The position numbers were made by a program, and so were the translations under genes. Positions 8,002 through 15,808 of a stretch of DNA of 32,000 nt are shown here, in pieces; the first letter of the stretch is position 1, and every line of letters starts with the position of its first letter. The notes under the pieces were generated by a model. The model was given only the letters and a program-made list of their open reading frames with translations, was not told the origin of the DNA and did no database searches. The DNA is from Microcystis aeruginosa NIES-843 (GTDB lineage: Bacteria > Cyanobacteriota > Cyanobacteriia > Cyanobacteriales > Microcystaceae). The stretch is taken from NCBI RefSeq assembly GCF_000010625.1, contig NC_010296.1:1650001-1682000 (forward strand). The letters are read 5' to 3'.

Positions 8002-8382
8002 TCACCTACCCGGTTTACAGACGTTATAATCTTCGTGAGAGATGACCGCTTCCGGGACGAGGAGATTGCCGTGGTCGCGACAGATGAGGCGATAATTGCG
8101 GGTAACGGGGATACTGATAATAAAGCGATCGTGTCGCAATCGTTTACCGTGGAAATCTCGATAATTGCGGTGATTTTGCAATCCTTGCAGGATTTCCCTA
8201 GCTTTAAGTACCACATTTTTCGGTAATTCCCGCAGATCGATCGGATCTTGCGAAAAAGTGGCTTCCCAAGCATTTTTTTGACGTTTTCTTTCTTCCCACG
8301 CGGCATCTAGTTGAGCGCAATGATGGCAGACTTGGCCATAACCCTTGTGACCACAGGGAAACTTCTTCTTTCTTCTGGACAT
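8002..8382 (-). CDS. Hypothetical protein: N-terminal basic/Cys-His motif plus C-terminal RelE/HigB-like toxin-fold region
   Basis: 126 aa. The N-terminus is RRKKKFPCGHKGYGQVCHHC. The C-terminus FHGKRLRHDRFIISIPVTRNYRLICRDHGNLLVPEAVISHEDY resembles the beta-sheet core and terminal (D/E)Y(H/N) of RelE/HigB-type mRNA interferases. The assignment is by eye only. Confidence 0.45.
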   Translation of the reverse strand: MSRRKKKFPCGHKGYGQVCHHCAQLDAAWEERKRQKNAWEATFSQDPIDLRELPKNVVLKAREILQGLQNHRNYRDFHGKRLRHDRFIISIPVTRNYRLICRDHGNLLVPEAVISHEDYNVCKPGR

Positions 8383-8559
8383 AATACCATCTGTCTGTGA
8401 GGCTGTGAGAGAGTATTCAAAAGCGGTAAAGCTTGCTTCACTTTTGGCAGATGGAGAAGAAAGTCTTTACCTAGTGATTATCTATACTTACCAGCATACA
8501 GGGATCGATCCCTCGTTTGGCCATTGACCAGCAAGAAAGTTGATCTTGGTTAGTTGGGG

Positions 8560-8700
8560 CCGGCTTTTTGGATAAGACTTTTAGACTTTTTGGCCATCAA
8601 AAAGTGCCGGTCATTGGAGTGATCAGGGGGAAAATTCAGGTAATTTTTCCCTGAAAATTAGGTAAAACCCCACACCCCACAACCTACCCCCAGGAAATTT
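8560..8700 (-). mobile_element. Degenerate, inverted copy of the MITE family A internal region
   Basis: GGATAAGACTTTTAGACTTTTT...CCCTGAAAATTAGGTAAAACCCCACACCCCACAACCTACCCCC is the reverse complement of most of 27655-27825. The TAGGGTTTGC termini are not recognisable. Confidence 0.6.
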
Positions 8701-8724
8701 GCTCACCAGCAGGATCAAGGCTGC

Positions 8725-9795
8725 TTAGAATAATTCCCATTCTTGGGTTCTTAAACGTTTGAGAATGGCCAAACGGCTGCTAAAATAATTGGCGCACAGA
8801 CGACTATAATCGGTTAAACGCAGGTTATTTAAGCTAATTGACCAAGACCAAATATAGGCCGCTTGGGTGAGATACTGAAGACAAGATAATTCACCATCGG
8901 TTAAAGGCACTGTTTCATCGTAGCCTTGGATGAAACCATGGCGAACCTGGCGATTTAAGCCGGATTGTAGGGAAACTTGCAGAAATTTAGCGATATCAAA
9001 AACTCGCCAACCATAACCGCACTGATCGAAATCAAATAGGGTCATCTGATTATCAGGGGTGATATGCACATTACCACTATGAGGATCGCCCCAACAAATG
9101 CTCCAATAGGGAGATTCTGTCGGTAATTTAGCGGTTTCTTCCTCTATTTCCCCAATGGTTTCTAAAACACAGTCTAGGTCGCTCGGTCGTTGGTGCAGAA
9201 AAGGTGCGATAATTTGCAGGGAATCGTCGAGAAGATATTTGAGGTTGAGGGGATGACGATAGGCTAGGGGTTGAAAATCTGCTGTCACCCGATGTAAATT
9301 AGCCACGATCGCCCCTAAATGATAGGCTTGTTCTATATCTATGTCCCCAATAGCAATTCCTCCAGGAGCATAGGGAAAAAGGACGGCGTAACGTTTCCCT
9401 TCCGGAGCCTTAATTTCTACGGATAAATTACCGTTTTTGGTGCGAATTGGCGCAGCGACGGGAACCTGAGAGCGATCGAGATAATCTAATAATTCTAACT
9501 CGAAGTCTATTTCCATTTTGCTGCGCCAATGGCAGTGAGATACGCGCAAAATGTAGGGAGTTTTCAGGGTTTCGAGGAGATACACATCACTTAAACCCCG
9601 ATGCCAAAATTGACAATTTTTCGGTACATCAATCTCGTAACGAGAAAAAACCAAATCTGCTAGGGCAGCAGGAGCCAGAGTGGAGTAGAGTGTGGGAAAA
9701 GTCCATTCTCCAGTCCGAAAATTGGCAGCGGGAGAACTAGAAGGCAGTATATTGAGCGAAGCCAGAAAAGTCGTCACGGTTCCCTCCCGATGCAA
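8725..9795 (-). CDS. Phosphotransferase enzyme family protein (APH / homoserine kinase type II-like)
   Basis: 356 aa. A catalytic-loop-like GDPHSGNVH and a Mg-binding DFD (LFDFDQCGYGWRVFDIA) are characteristic of aminoglycoside/choline-kinase-fold phosphotransferases. Confidence 0.75.
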   Translation of the reverse strand: MHREGTVTTFLASLNILPSSSPAANFRTGEWTFPTLYSTLAPAALADLVFSRYEIDVPKNCQFWHRGLSDVYLLETLKTPYILRVSHCHWRSKMEIDFELELLDYLDRSQVPVAAPIRTKNGNLSVEIKAPEGKRYAVLFPYAPGGIAIGDIDIEQAYHLGAIVANLHRVTADFQPLAYRHPLNLKYLLDDSLQIIAPFLHQRPSDLDCVLETIGEIEEETAKLPTESPYWSICWGDPHSGNVHITPDNQMTLFDFDQCGYGWRVFDIAKFLQVSLQSGLNRQVRHGFIQGYDETVPLTDGELSCLQYLTQAAYIWSWSISLNNLRLTDYSRLCANYFSSRLAILKRLRTQEWELF

Positions 9796-9895
9796 GTATG
9801 GACAACGCTCGCATCATCCTATTTTATAGCCCACATATATTACAAATTGGTTCGATCGCTCCGTATATTTCGCTACATTCCTCTGACTTGAAAGA

Positions 9896-9925
9896 GGGTG
9901 TAGGGTGTGGGGTGTGGGGTGTAGG
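9896..9925. repeat. Short (GGGTGTG/GGGTGTA) heptamer array
   Basis: Direct reading: gggtgtagggtgtggggtgtggggtgtaggg. Confidence 0.85.
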
Positions 9926-10100
9926 GAAAGAAACCTCTTTCATCTGTGGGGGTGAAAATTTTTTCATCGGGACTGACTCCTTACCCCACAGTTAACTTTA
10001 CTTTTGTCCAACTACTTATCAGTACCCCAAAAATTAATATAGGAGCTGCTGAAAAAGTCTTTGAGTGGCAACGCCGGAACAGTTTTTGATGCTTTAACAT

Positions 10101-11144
10101 CTACTTACTAACCGCCGATTCTAACATAGTAATTGTTCCCCGATTAGCATCAAATTCTACTGCAATACCAATAGCTAGAGTCTCGATAATCTCCAAATGT
10201 CCGATCATCAAACCTAAACAAGCGGGAATTTTTAAGGGTTGGATATATTCTCGGATCACTTCTTCTAAAGTCAGGGAACCATAGTCACTATCGGCGCTAC
10301 AATTGCTACATTGACCGAAGATAAACCCAGCTAAATTATCGAGAATTCCTGCTAATTTTAATTGATTTAACAGGCGATCTATTTCATAAATATCTTCACC
10401 AATATCTTCTAAAAATAGGATAGCACTGGTAAAATCTGGTAGATAGGGAGAACCTGCGATCGAGGCTAAAGTGGTTAAATTACCACCGATTAATTTACCT
10501 TTTGCTTGACCTTTAGTAATAGTTTGAATCCGATTTTTTACCCGCATTAAACGATTGGCATCATCGGGATCGGGAATATTTCTAAAAGTCAACTTTTCCC
10601 CGGAAAATAAAACCTGTCGAAAGCTTTCAGTTTGAGCGGTGCGCCAACTAGAAAAGCCATTGGGAGCATGGAAAGTAACTAAACCAGTTTTGGCATAAAT
10701 AGCTAATAATAAAGAAGTTATATCACTAAAACCACAGATAATTTTCGGATGACGGCCAATTAAATCGTAGTCGAGATAAGGTAATAAACGAGCGCTTCCC
10801 CAACCGCCGCGAATTGGTAAAATTAAGGCAATATTATCATCGGCAAAAAATTGATTTATATCCGCGGCTCGCTCCCTATCTTTACCGGCTAGATAACCAT
10901 AACGATCTAAAGCGTGTTGACCAACTTTTGGGACTAATTTTAAAGCTTTAACTGCTTCAATAACTATATTCAAATCATCTTCTTTAAAAGTTGCCCCCGC
11001 CGGACTAATAATACCCACTCCGTCCCCCGGTTGTAGATGTGGCGGTTTAATTAGAGGAAAATTATTGCTAATAACTTTTCTGGTAATTAGGGAAAAACTA
11101 ACAGCAGTTAGAGCGGAATTAATGAAAAATTGACGGCGCTTCAT
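10101..11144 (-). CDS. S66 family LD-carboxypeptidase (LdcA/MccF-like) with a Tat-type signal
   Basis: 347 aa. GFSDITSLL carries the nucleophile serine and a C-terminal GHLE-type motif (His/Glu) is present. The N-terminus MKRRQFFINSALTAVSF resembles a twin-arginine signal. Confidence 0.85.
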   Translation of the reverse strand: MKRRQFFINSALTAVSFSLITRKVISNNFPLIKPPHLQPGDGVGIISPAGATFKEDDLNIVIEAVKALKLVPKVGQHALDRYGYLAGKDRERAADINQFFADDNIALILPIRGGWGSARLLPYLDYDLIGRHPKIICGFSDITSLLLAIYAKTGLVTFHAPNGFSSWRTAQTESFRQVLFSGEKLTFRNIPDPDDANRLMRVKNRIQTITKGQAKGKLIGGNLTTLASIAGSPYLPDFTSAILFLEDIGEDIYEIDRLLNQLKLAGILDNLAGFIFGQCSNCSADSDYGSLTLEEVIREYIQPLKIPACLGLMIGHLEIIETLAIGIAVEFDANRGTITMLESAVSK

Positions 11145-11182
11145 TCTGATAGTTTTTAGAGAAATTGCCAGGGAAATAAGAA

Positions 11183-11253
11183 TTTAAGTAGGTAGGCGTT
11201 AAAAATTATCAGATGCCCCCCTTATTAAGGGGGGATTAAGGGGGGATCGAGGG
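11183..11253 (+). mobile_element. MITE family B, left-half copy
   Basis: TTTAAGTAGGTAGGCGTTAAAAATTATCAGATGCCCCCCTTATTAAGGGGGGATTAAGGGGGGATC is identical to 6769-6836. Confidence 0.7.
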
Positions 11254-11489
11254 AAAAAAAAAGTTTTCACAATTGCCCCAGCTAAGAGGACAATTAATGC
11301 CCAAACCTGATATTTTTGGTTTCCTTCTAATGAGTTTAGTCGATTTTCTATTCCCTCAACTTTTCCCGTTAACACCGCTTGTCCTACCTTTAAATCCGTC
11401 ACATCTTTTTGTAACGAATCGATTTTTCCCTCCATCCGCGTCAAGATAGTTTCTAGGGAATAAGTAACCGTTTCCTGAGATTGATTCAT
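11199..11489 (-). CDS. Hypothetical small coiled-coil/membrane protein; C-terminal ~18 codons encoded by MITE family B
   Basis: 96 aa. It has a heptad-like N-terminal half and a hydrophobic segment, VWALIVLLAGAIV. The tail PRSPLNPPLIRGASDNF and the stop lie within the repeat at 11199-11253. Confidence 0.4.
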   Translation of the reverse strand: MNQSQETVTYSLETILTRMEGKIDSLQKDVTDLKVGQAVLTGKVEGIENRLNSLEGNQKYQVWALIVLLAGAIVKTFFFPRSPLNPPLIRGASDNF

Positions 11490-11531
11490 TTGTTCAAGAC
11501 CTTTTAGTTAATTGTTGCCCTAGAAAAGCCA

Positions 11532-12044
11532 TTATGCTTCCGATTTTGCCATATCGCGAATGATATCGCCGCGAGTGATAATACCAATTACTTTGTGGGT
11601 TTCTTCCTCAATCACCGGTAAACGACGCACATGACGATCATACATTAACGAGGCCGCTTCTTTCAAAGGGCGATCGGCTGTGATACTAATAGGTTTATCG
11701 GTCATTACTTCCCCCACGGTTTGACCGAGAGCTTTATGGAGTAATTTCTCGTGACGGCTAGGATTTTGTAGATAGATGACACTATCGAGGAGCATAATGT
11801 AAGGAGGAGCTTCTACTCCCGTTTCCTGCCACATAAGGTCAGTTTCGGAGATAACCCCAATCAGTCGCATATTGTCATCCACCACGGGTAAACCACTAAA
11901 CCGCTTTTCGGCCAAAATCTTCACTGCTTCAGACAGAGAAGTGTTAGCGGTGACGGTGATGGGATTGGGAGTCATGATATCGGCAACTGTTTTCGTCATC
12001 TTAGCGACCTGCGATAATAATGCTTTCTGTCTCCATCTTATCAT
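11532..12044 (-). CDS. CBS domain-containing protein (tandem CBS pair)
   Basis: 170 aa with two CBS motifs (VADIMTPNPITV...GLPVVDD...GVISETDL and VGEVMTDKPISI...RLPVIEE...GIITRGDI). The true start is probably the internal Met (MTKTVADIM, about 11999). Confidence 0.85.
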   Translation of the reverse strand: MIRWRQKALLSQVAKMTKTVADIMTPNPITVTANTSLSEAVKILAEKRFSGLPVVDDNMRLIGVISETDLMWQETGVEAPPYIMLLDSVIYLQNPSRHEKLLHKALGQTVGEVMTDKPISITADRPLKEAASLMYDRHVRRLPVIEEETHKVIGIITRGDIIRDMAKSEA

Positions 12045-12160
12045 TAGGGTAATCAGTCACCGCTTAATTATAACTATTCTTAAATCTTCGGGCGAGAAAA
12101 TGGTATAAGATAAAAAGGAAATGGGATATTAATTTAGTTAGTTGACAAGGAAAAAGAAAA

Positions 12161-12727
12161 ATGATCGCTCAACCTCAATACCCAGAAAGAATGACCCCGG
12201 AAGAGTATCTAGAATGGGAAGCTACACAGGAATGTCGCCATGAATATATTGATGGGGAAATTATCGCCATGACTGGGGGTAGTCTGCCTCATAATGATAT
12301 TACCCTAAATTTTTACAGAACTTTATATTCTCATCTCCGTCCGCGAGGCTGTCGAGTCAATGTATCTGATGCCAAGGTACAAGCTAATAATAGTCGTTAT
12401 TTTTATCCCGATTTGGTGATTAGTTGCGATTTTAGGGATAGAGAATCTCGTAATTTTATTCAACATCCACAAGTGATTATTGAAGTGCTTTCCCCTAGCA
12501 CAGGAAACTATGATCGCACTAAAAAGTTACAATATTATCGTCAGATTCCTAGTTTACAAGAATACGTTTTAGTCGATCCTGAATCGATCAGTGTCGAGGT
12601 TTATCGTCGCGGTGAAGATAAAATTTGGTTTTACTGCGCTTATAGTCAAGGGGAAGAAATTATTCTATCTAGTCTCGATTTTCACTGTGCGATCGAGTTA
12701 CTCTATGAAGGGATAAGTTTCGATTAA
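12161..12727 (+). CDS. Uma2 family (DUF820) PD-(D/E)xK-type endonuclease
   Basis: 188 aa. The N-terminus has PEEYLEWEATQECRHEYIDGEIIAMTGGSLPHNDI. PDLVI and IIEVLSPST are typical Uma2 motifs. Confidence 0.85.
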   Translation: MIAQPQYPERMTPEEYLEWEATQECRHEYIDGEIIAMTGGSLPHNDITLNFYRTLYSHLRPRGCRVNVSDAKVQANNSRYFYPDLVISCDFRDRESRNFIQHPQVIIEVLSPSTGNYDRTKKLQYYRQIPSLQEYVLVDPESISVEVYRRGEDKIWFYCAYSQGEEIILSSLDFHCAIELLYEGISFD

Positions 12728-12798
12728 AGAAAGTTTACAAAAAGGTCAAACATTCCTAGACTTAAAATAAATACGTCCCGATTGTTTCGATAAATTCT

Positions 12799-13647
12799 AT
12801 GTTACCGCCCCTATTAGTTCTTGATCCCTTGTTAGAAAACTGGTTACGAGAAGATCTCGGTAGAGGCGATCGCACCACCCAAGCAATTTTCTTCGGTCAT
12901 GCTAAAATCGGTCAAGCTAGTTGGATTGCCAAAGAAGCGGGAGTTATTGCCGGTTTACCCGTAGCTGAACGAGTTTTTCAACTGCTTAACCCCACTATTC
13001 ACTTTACCCCCACCGTTGCCGAGGGGGAATTCTGCCCCAAGTCTAAAGTTATTGCTGAGATAGAAGGTTCCCTCGATGCGCTGTTAATCGGGGAAAGAGT
13101 CGCTTTAAATCTTGCCATGCGCTTGAGTGGGATTGCTAGTGCCACTCGTCAGTATGTGCAGAAAATTGCCGATTTATCGACAAGATTGGTGGATACTCGC
13201 AAAACTACCCCCGGATTGCGAATTTTAGAAAAATATGCCTCCGGTATCGGTGGCGCTATTAACCATCGTTTGGGGTTAGATGATGCAATTATGATTAAAG
13301 ATAATCATATTCAAGCAGCCGGCAGCATTGAGGAAGCAGTGCGTCGTGTACGGCAAAATATGCCCTATCCTCTCACAATTGAGGTAGAAACCAGCCAATT
13401 AGAAGAAGTGAATCAGGCCCTGCAGCAGCAGGTAGAGATCATTATGTTAGATAATATGGATTTAGAGATGATGCAAACTGCCGTGGAGATGATCCGCAAT
13501 TTTAATAGTAAAACCAAAATAGAAGCATCGGGAAATATTACCCTCGATCGCATTCGCAACGTTGCCGAAACAGGAGTAGATTATATTTCCACTAGCGCCC
13601 CGATTACCCGTTCTACTTGGTTAGATATTAGTATGAGAATTGATTAA
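12799..13647 (+). CDS. nadC: Nicotinate-nucleotide diphosphorylase (carboxylating) / quinolinate phosphoribosyltransferase
   Basis: 282 aa. LREDLGRGDRTT, DTRKTTPGLR, IKDNHI and IMLDNM are motifs characteristic of NadC. Confidence 0.93.
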   Translation: MLPPLLVLDPLLENWLREDLGRGDRTTQAIFFGHAKIGQASWIAKEAGVIAGLPVAERVFQLLNPTIHFTPTVAEGEFCPKSKVIAEIEGSLDALLIGERVALNLAMRLSGIASATRQYVQKIADLSTRLVDTRKTTPGLRILEKYASGIGGAINHRLGLDDAIMIKDNHIQAAGSIEEAVRRVRQNMPYPLTIEVETSQLEEVNQALQQQVEIIMLDNMDLEMMQTAVEMIRNFNSKTKIEASGNITLDRIRNVAETGVDYISTSAPITRSTWLDISMRID

Positions 13648-13669
13648 AAAGCTATATCAGTTATCAGTA

Positions 13670-13746
13670 GGGTGTGGGGTGTGGGGTGTGGGATGTAGGG
13701 TGTGGGGTGTGGGGTGTGGGGTGTGGGGTGTAGGGTGTAGGGTGTG
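13670..13746. repeat. (GGGTGTG/GGGTGTA)n heptamer array, 5' flank of the intron
   Basis: About 11 units by direct reading. It starts 23 nt after the nadC stop and is interrupted at 13746/13747 by the intron. Confidence 0.9.
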
Positions 13747-14532
13747 GTGCGATTCGTTGGCTAGAAACTAGACAGTAAGACGTTTAGAGGATTAGCCGCT
13801 TGGTAAATGTAGTACCTTGATAACTTTATAACCCTACAGGTGCGGGTTAGTAATAACCTTAGTCCTGTCCTCTAGATGCCTAGAGTGACGGCATTTCCTG
13901 CTGCTTTAGACTTGGTACATCTGAGGTAGTGAGCGAGGAAAAAAAAAGCGGTATCTGATAGCCTAAATCAGAAACCCGTTGAGCCAGAACCTATGGATAG
14001 CCCTGGGGCGAAGATACGAATTAACCATCGTCAACACCCACGAGCCAAAAGGCTGACAGGCTCGAAACAAAAGTTAACAGAGTTGGGGCTGATAGCTCAT
14101 ACCACTATCAGTAAGGCATTCCCGTTACTCTGTTGTGGACAGTATCATCCTAAGGGTTCAACCAATGGTTATAGGGAACGAAGTAACCCTGATTGACTCT
14201 GCCCGTTCGGGGCAGTAGGAAACCATCCGCAAGTCAATAGAGGGAGAGGATGTCCTTAAAAGCCAAGGCTTTGAGTAATATCAAAGATATGCTGACAAAG
14301 GACGGGTAACTAGGAAGTCTAAGCAACAATCAACGGTCATATACGCCCTAAAACCAACAATCTTGTCTGGTGGGGATACAGCCAAGAGGGTTGAATAGAC
14401 AAGGAAATAATAATTCCCATTATTATTCTACTAATGACAGTAGCCTAGTTACTCAGGAGCCGGATACGGCGAAAGTCGTAAGTCCGGTTTTGAAGCAGGG
14501 GGTGGGAAGGCGACTTCCTGCTCTACTGTAAC
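13747..14532 (+). mobile_element. ORF-less group II intron (self-splicing ribozyme/retroelement derivative), 786 nt
   Basis: The 5' end is GTGCG (13747-13751). A canonical domain V lies at 14457-14490. A domain VI-like stem-loop with a GCGA tetraloop and a candidate bulged branch A (14525) sits 7 nt before a terminal ...AC (14532). A short AATAATAAT/ATTATTATT hairpin occupies the place where domain IV would carry an ORF. The flanks rejoin into a continuous GGGTGTG array. There is no RT-like ORF. Confidence 0.7.
14457..14490 (+). ncRNA. Group II intron domain V
   Basis: The sequence is GAGCCGGATACGGCGAAAGTCGTAAGTCCGGTTT, 34 nt with the AGC catalytic triad. The lower stem is GAGCCGG/CCGGTTT with G-U wobbles. 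A 2-nt bulge (AG) lies on the 3' strand. The upper stem ACGGC/GTCGT is closed by a GAAA tetraloop. Confidence 0.8.
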
Positions 14533-14693
14533 GGGTGTGGGAAGAATAAATAGAAATAATCTCCTATCTCCTGACTCCTGACTCCTGACTCCTATCTCGG
14601 AGTCTCCTGACTCCTATCTCCTGACTCCTATCTCCTGACTCCTAACTCCTATCTCGGAGTCTCCTGACTCCTATCTCCTATCTCCTATCTATT
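14533..14693. repeat. 3' flank: GGGTGTGGGAAGAATAAATA junction then a (CTCCTGA/CTCCTAT)n heptamer array with GGAGTC/GACTCC hairpins
   Basis: Direct reading. It is paralogous to 3752-3810. The last 5 codons and stop of the DUF62 gene overlap the array. Confidence 0.85.
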
Positions 14694-15472
14694 CTAACCT
14701 CGATCGCATCGCCAATATTTAGGTGTAATTGCTTTTGGGCGCTACCACTATTGACGGCAATTTCTAACCCCCCGTGACTACCGATAAAAGCGACTATTTC
14801 CCCCCAAGGAACATCACTGTAGGTGTTTTTTGCGGGGATAATTTTTGGCCCCAACTGCACCGACCAATTTTTTCCCTCTAGGAGATAATCGGGAATATTG
14901 CTGATTAAATTGCCGAAAATGTCAATATATTGAATTTGACCCCTGATTTTATCTTCCTCGATTTGCGGAACAGCGATCGCTAATTGTTGCAAGCTATCGG
15001 GATCAATAATCTCACCTAACATTTCTAGGGGTACTCCCCGGGACAAATAAGCGGCCACAGGAGCAAAAATATCACGACCATGAAAAGTAGTGCTAGGGTT
15101 AGGGGTGCGCCAATAGGAAGAATTATTGAGATTAACGGCAGATATAGCGGTATATTGGCTTAAAATGCCACTAAATAAACCATTATCTGGCCCGACTAAA
15201 TAACCACCGGCAAAACGAATCCCTACCCCGCGTCTTTTGCTTCCTACCCCCGGATCTATAACTGCCAGATGAATAGTGCCTTGGGGAAAGTATTGATAGG
15301 CATTCAGGAGAATAAAACGACCAGCGTAAAGGTCTTGGGGCGAAATTTGATGATTCAGATCGATCGTGCGAGCATGGGGGGCAATTCCCGCGATTACTCC
15401 CTTGATAATGCCCACATAACCGTCTCGTAGTCCAAAATCGCTAGTAAGGGTTATCAGTGCCTGTTCCGTCAT
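14678..15472 (-). CDS. SAM hydrolase / SAM-dependent halogenase family protein (DUF62, S-adenosyl-L-methionine hydroxide adenosyltransferase-like)
   Basis: 264 aa. The N-terminus ITLTSDFGLRDGYVGIIKGVI, VIDPGVGS and the GPDNG motif are typical of the DUF62 family. Confidence 0.85.
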   Translation of the reverse strand: MTEQALITLTSDFGLRDGYVGIIKGVIAGIAPHARTIDLNHQISPQDLYAGRFILLNAYQYFPQGTIHLAVIDPGVGSKRRGVGIRFAGGYLVGPDNGLFSGILSQYTAISAVNLNNSSYWRTPNPSTTFHGRDIFAPVAAYLSRGVPLEMLGEIIDPDSLQQLAIAVPQIEEDKIRGQIQYIDIFGNLISNIPDYLLEGKNWSVQLGPKIIPAKNTYSDVPWGEIVAFIGSHGGLEIAVNSGSAQKQLHLNIGDAIEVRIDRR

Positions 15473-15525
15473 TGACTTGTCACTAAGGTTGCCAACAGCT
15501 TTAATAAATCTTAACGCTAAATTCA

Positions 15526-15539
15526 GTAGCTAAAGATAC
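15526..15539 (+). promoter_or_regulatory. Perfect NtcA consensus box GTA-N8-TAC
   Basis: GTAGCTAAAGATAC. A TAN3T-type -10 (TATGAT, 15559-15564) follows after a 19-nt gap, slightly shorter than the canonical ~22. The box is 68 nt upstream of the ATG at 15607. Confidence 0.5.
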
Positions 15540-15606
15540 AGTTTCCTAAGGAGAATGTTATGATTTAGATATAAGGTAAGTTAAGTCGCTCAAAAGTCTG
15601 TCCACC

Positions 15607-15768
15607 ATGAACAAAAATCGTCAGCAAGTCCTAACACAGGCCACCGTGGCCCATAGGGAAACACTCCGTAGAAATTTACAACACCGACTGGAAGTAGCTA
15701 GAGCGCAGGGAAATGAGGCTCTAGTGCGTCAATTGGAAGCAGAGGCGGCCTATTTGCACCTTCGTTAG
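15607..15768 (+). CDS. Small conserved-looking protein, 53 aa (not in the supplied ORF track); candidate NtcA-regulated small regulator
   Basis: Hand translation gives MNKNRQQVLTQATVAHRETLRRNLQHRLEVARAQGNEALVRQLEAEAAYLHLR*. It is helical and charged. An NtcA box lies upstream and a strong intrinsic terminator downstream. Confidence 0.5.
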   Translation: MNKNRQQVLTQATVAHRETLRRNLQHRLEVARAQGNEALVRQLEAEAAYLHLR

Positions 15769-15808
15769 ATTTAATCGGTGTTTAGTCAAAGTCTAGTTGT
15801 CGGTTTCT

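Noticed and set aside
7989-8306. Track ORF of 105 aa on the minus strand
   Set aside because: It overlaps ORF 8002-8382 in a different frame, has low-complexity composition and no motifs. The 126-aa frame has the recognisable toxin-like C-terminus.
13993-14196. 67-aa ORF inside the intron as a possible intron-encoded protein
   Set aside because: It is too short and has no reverse-transcriptase motifs (no YADD-type block), maturase region or endonuclease region. It lies in what should be domain I, not domain IV.
14466-14490. A GAAAGTC…GTCCGG string reminiscent of the RNase P RNA P4 region
   Set aside because: The RNase P consensus (GAGGAAAGTCCGGGC) is not matched. The 34-nt segment instead folds exactly as group II intron domain V, with the AGC triad and the 2-nt bulge.
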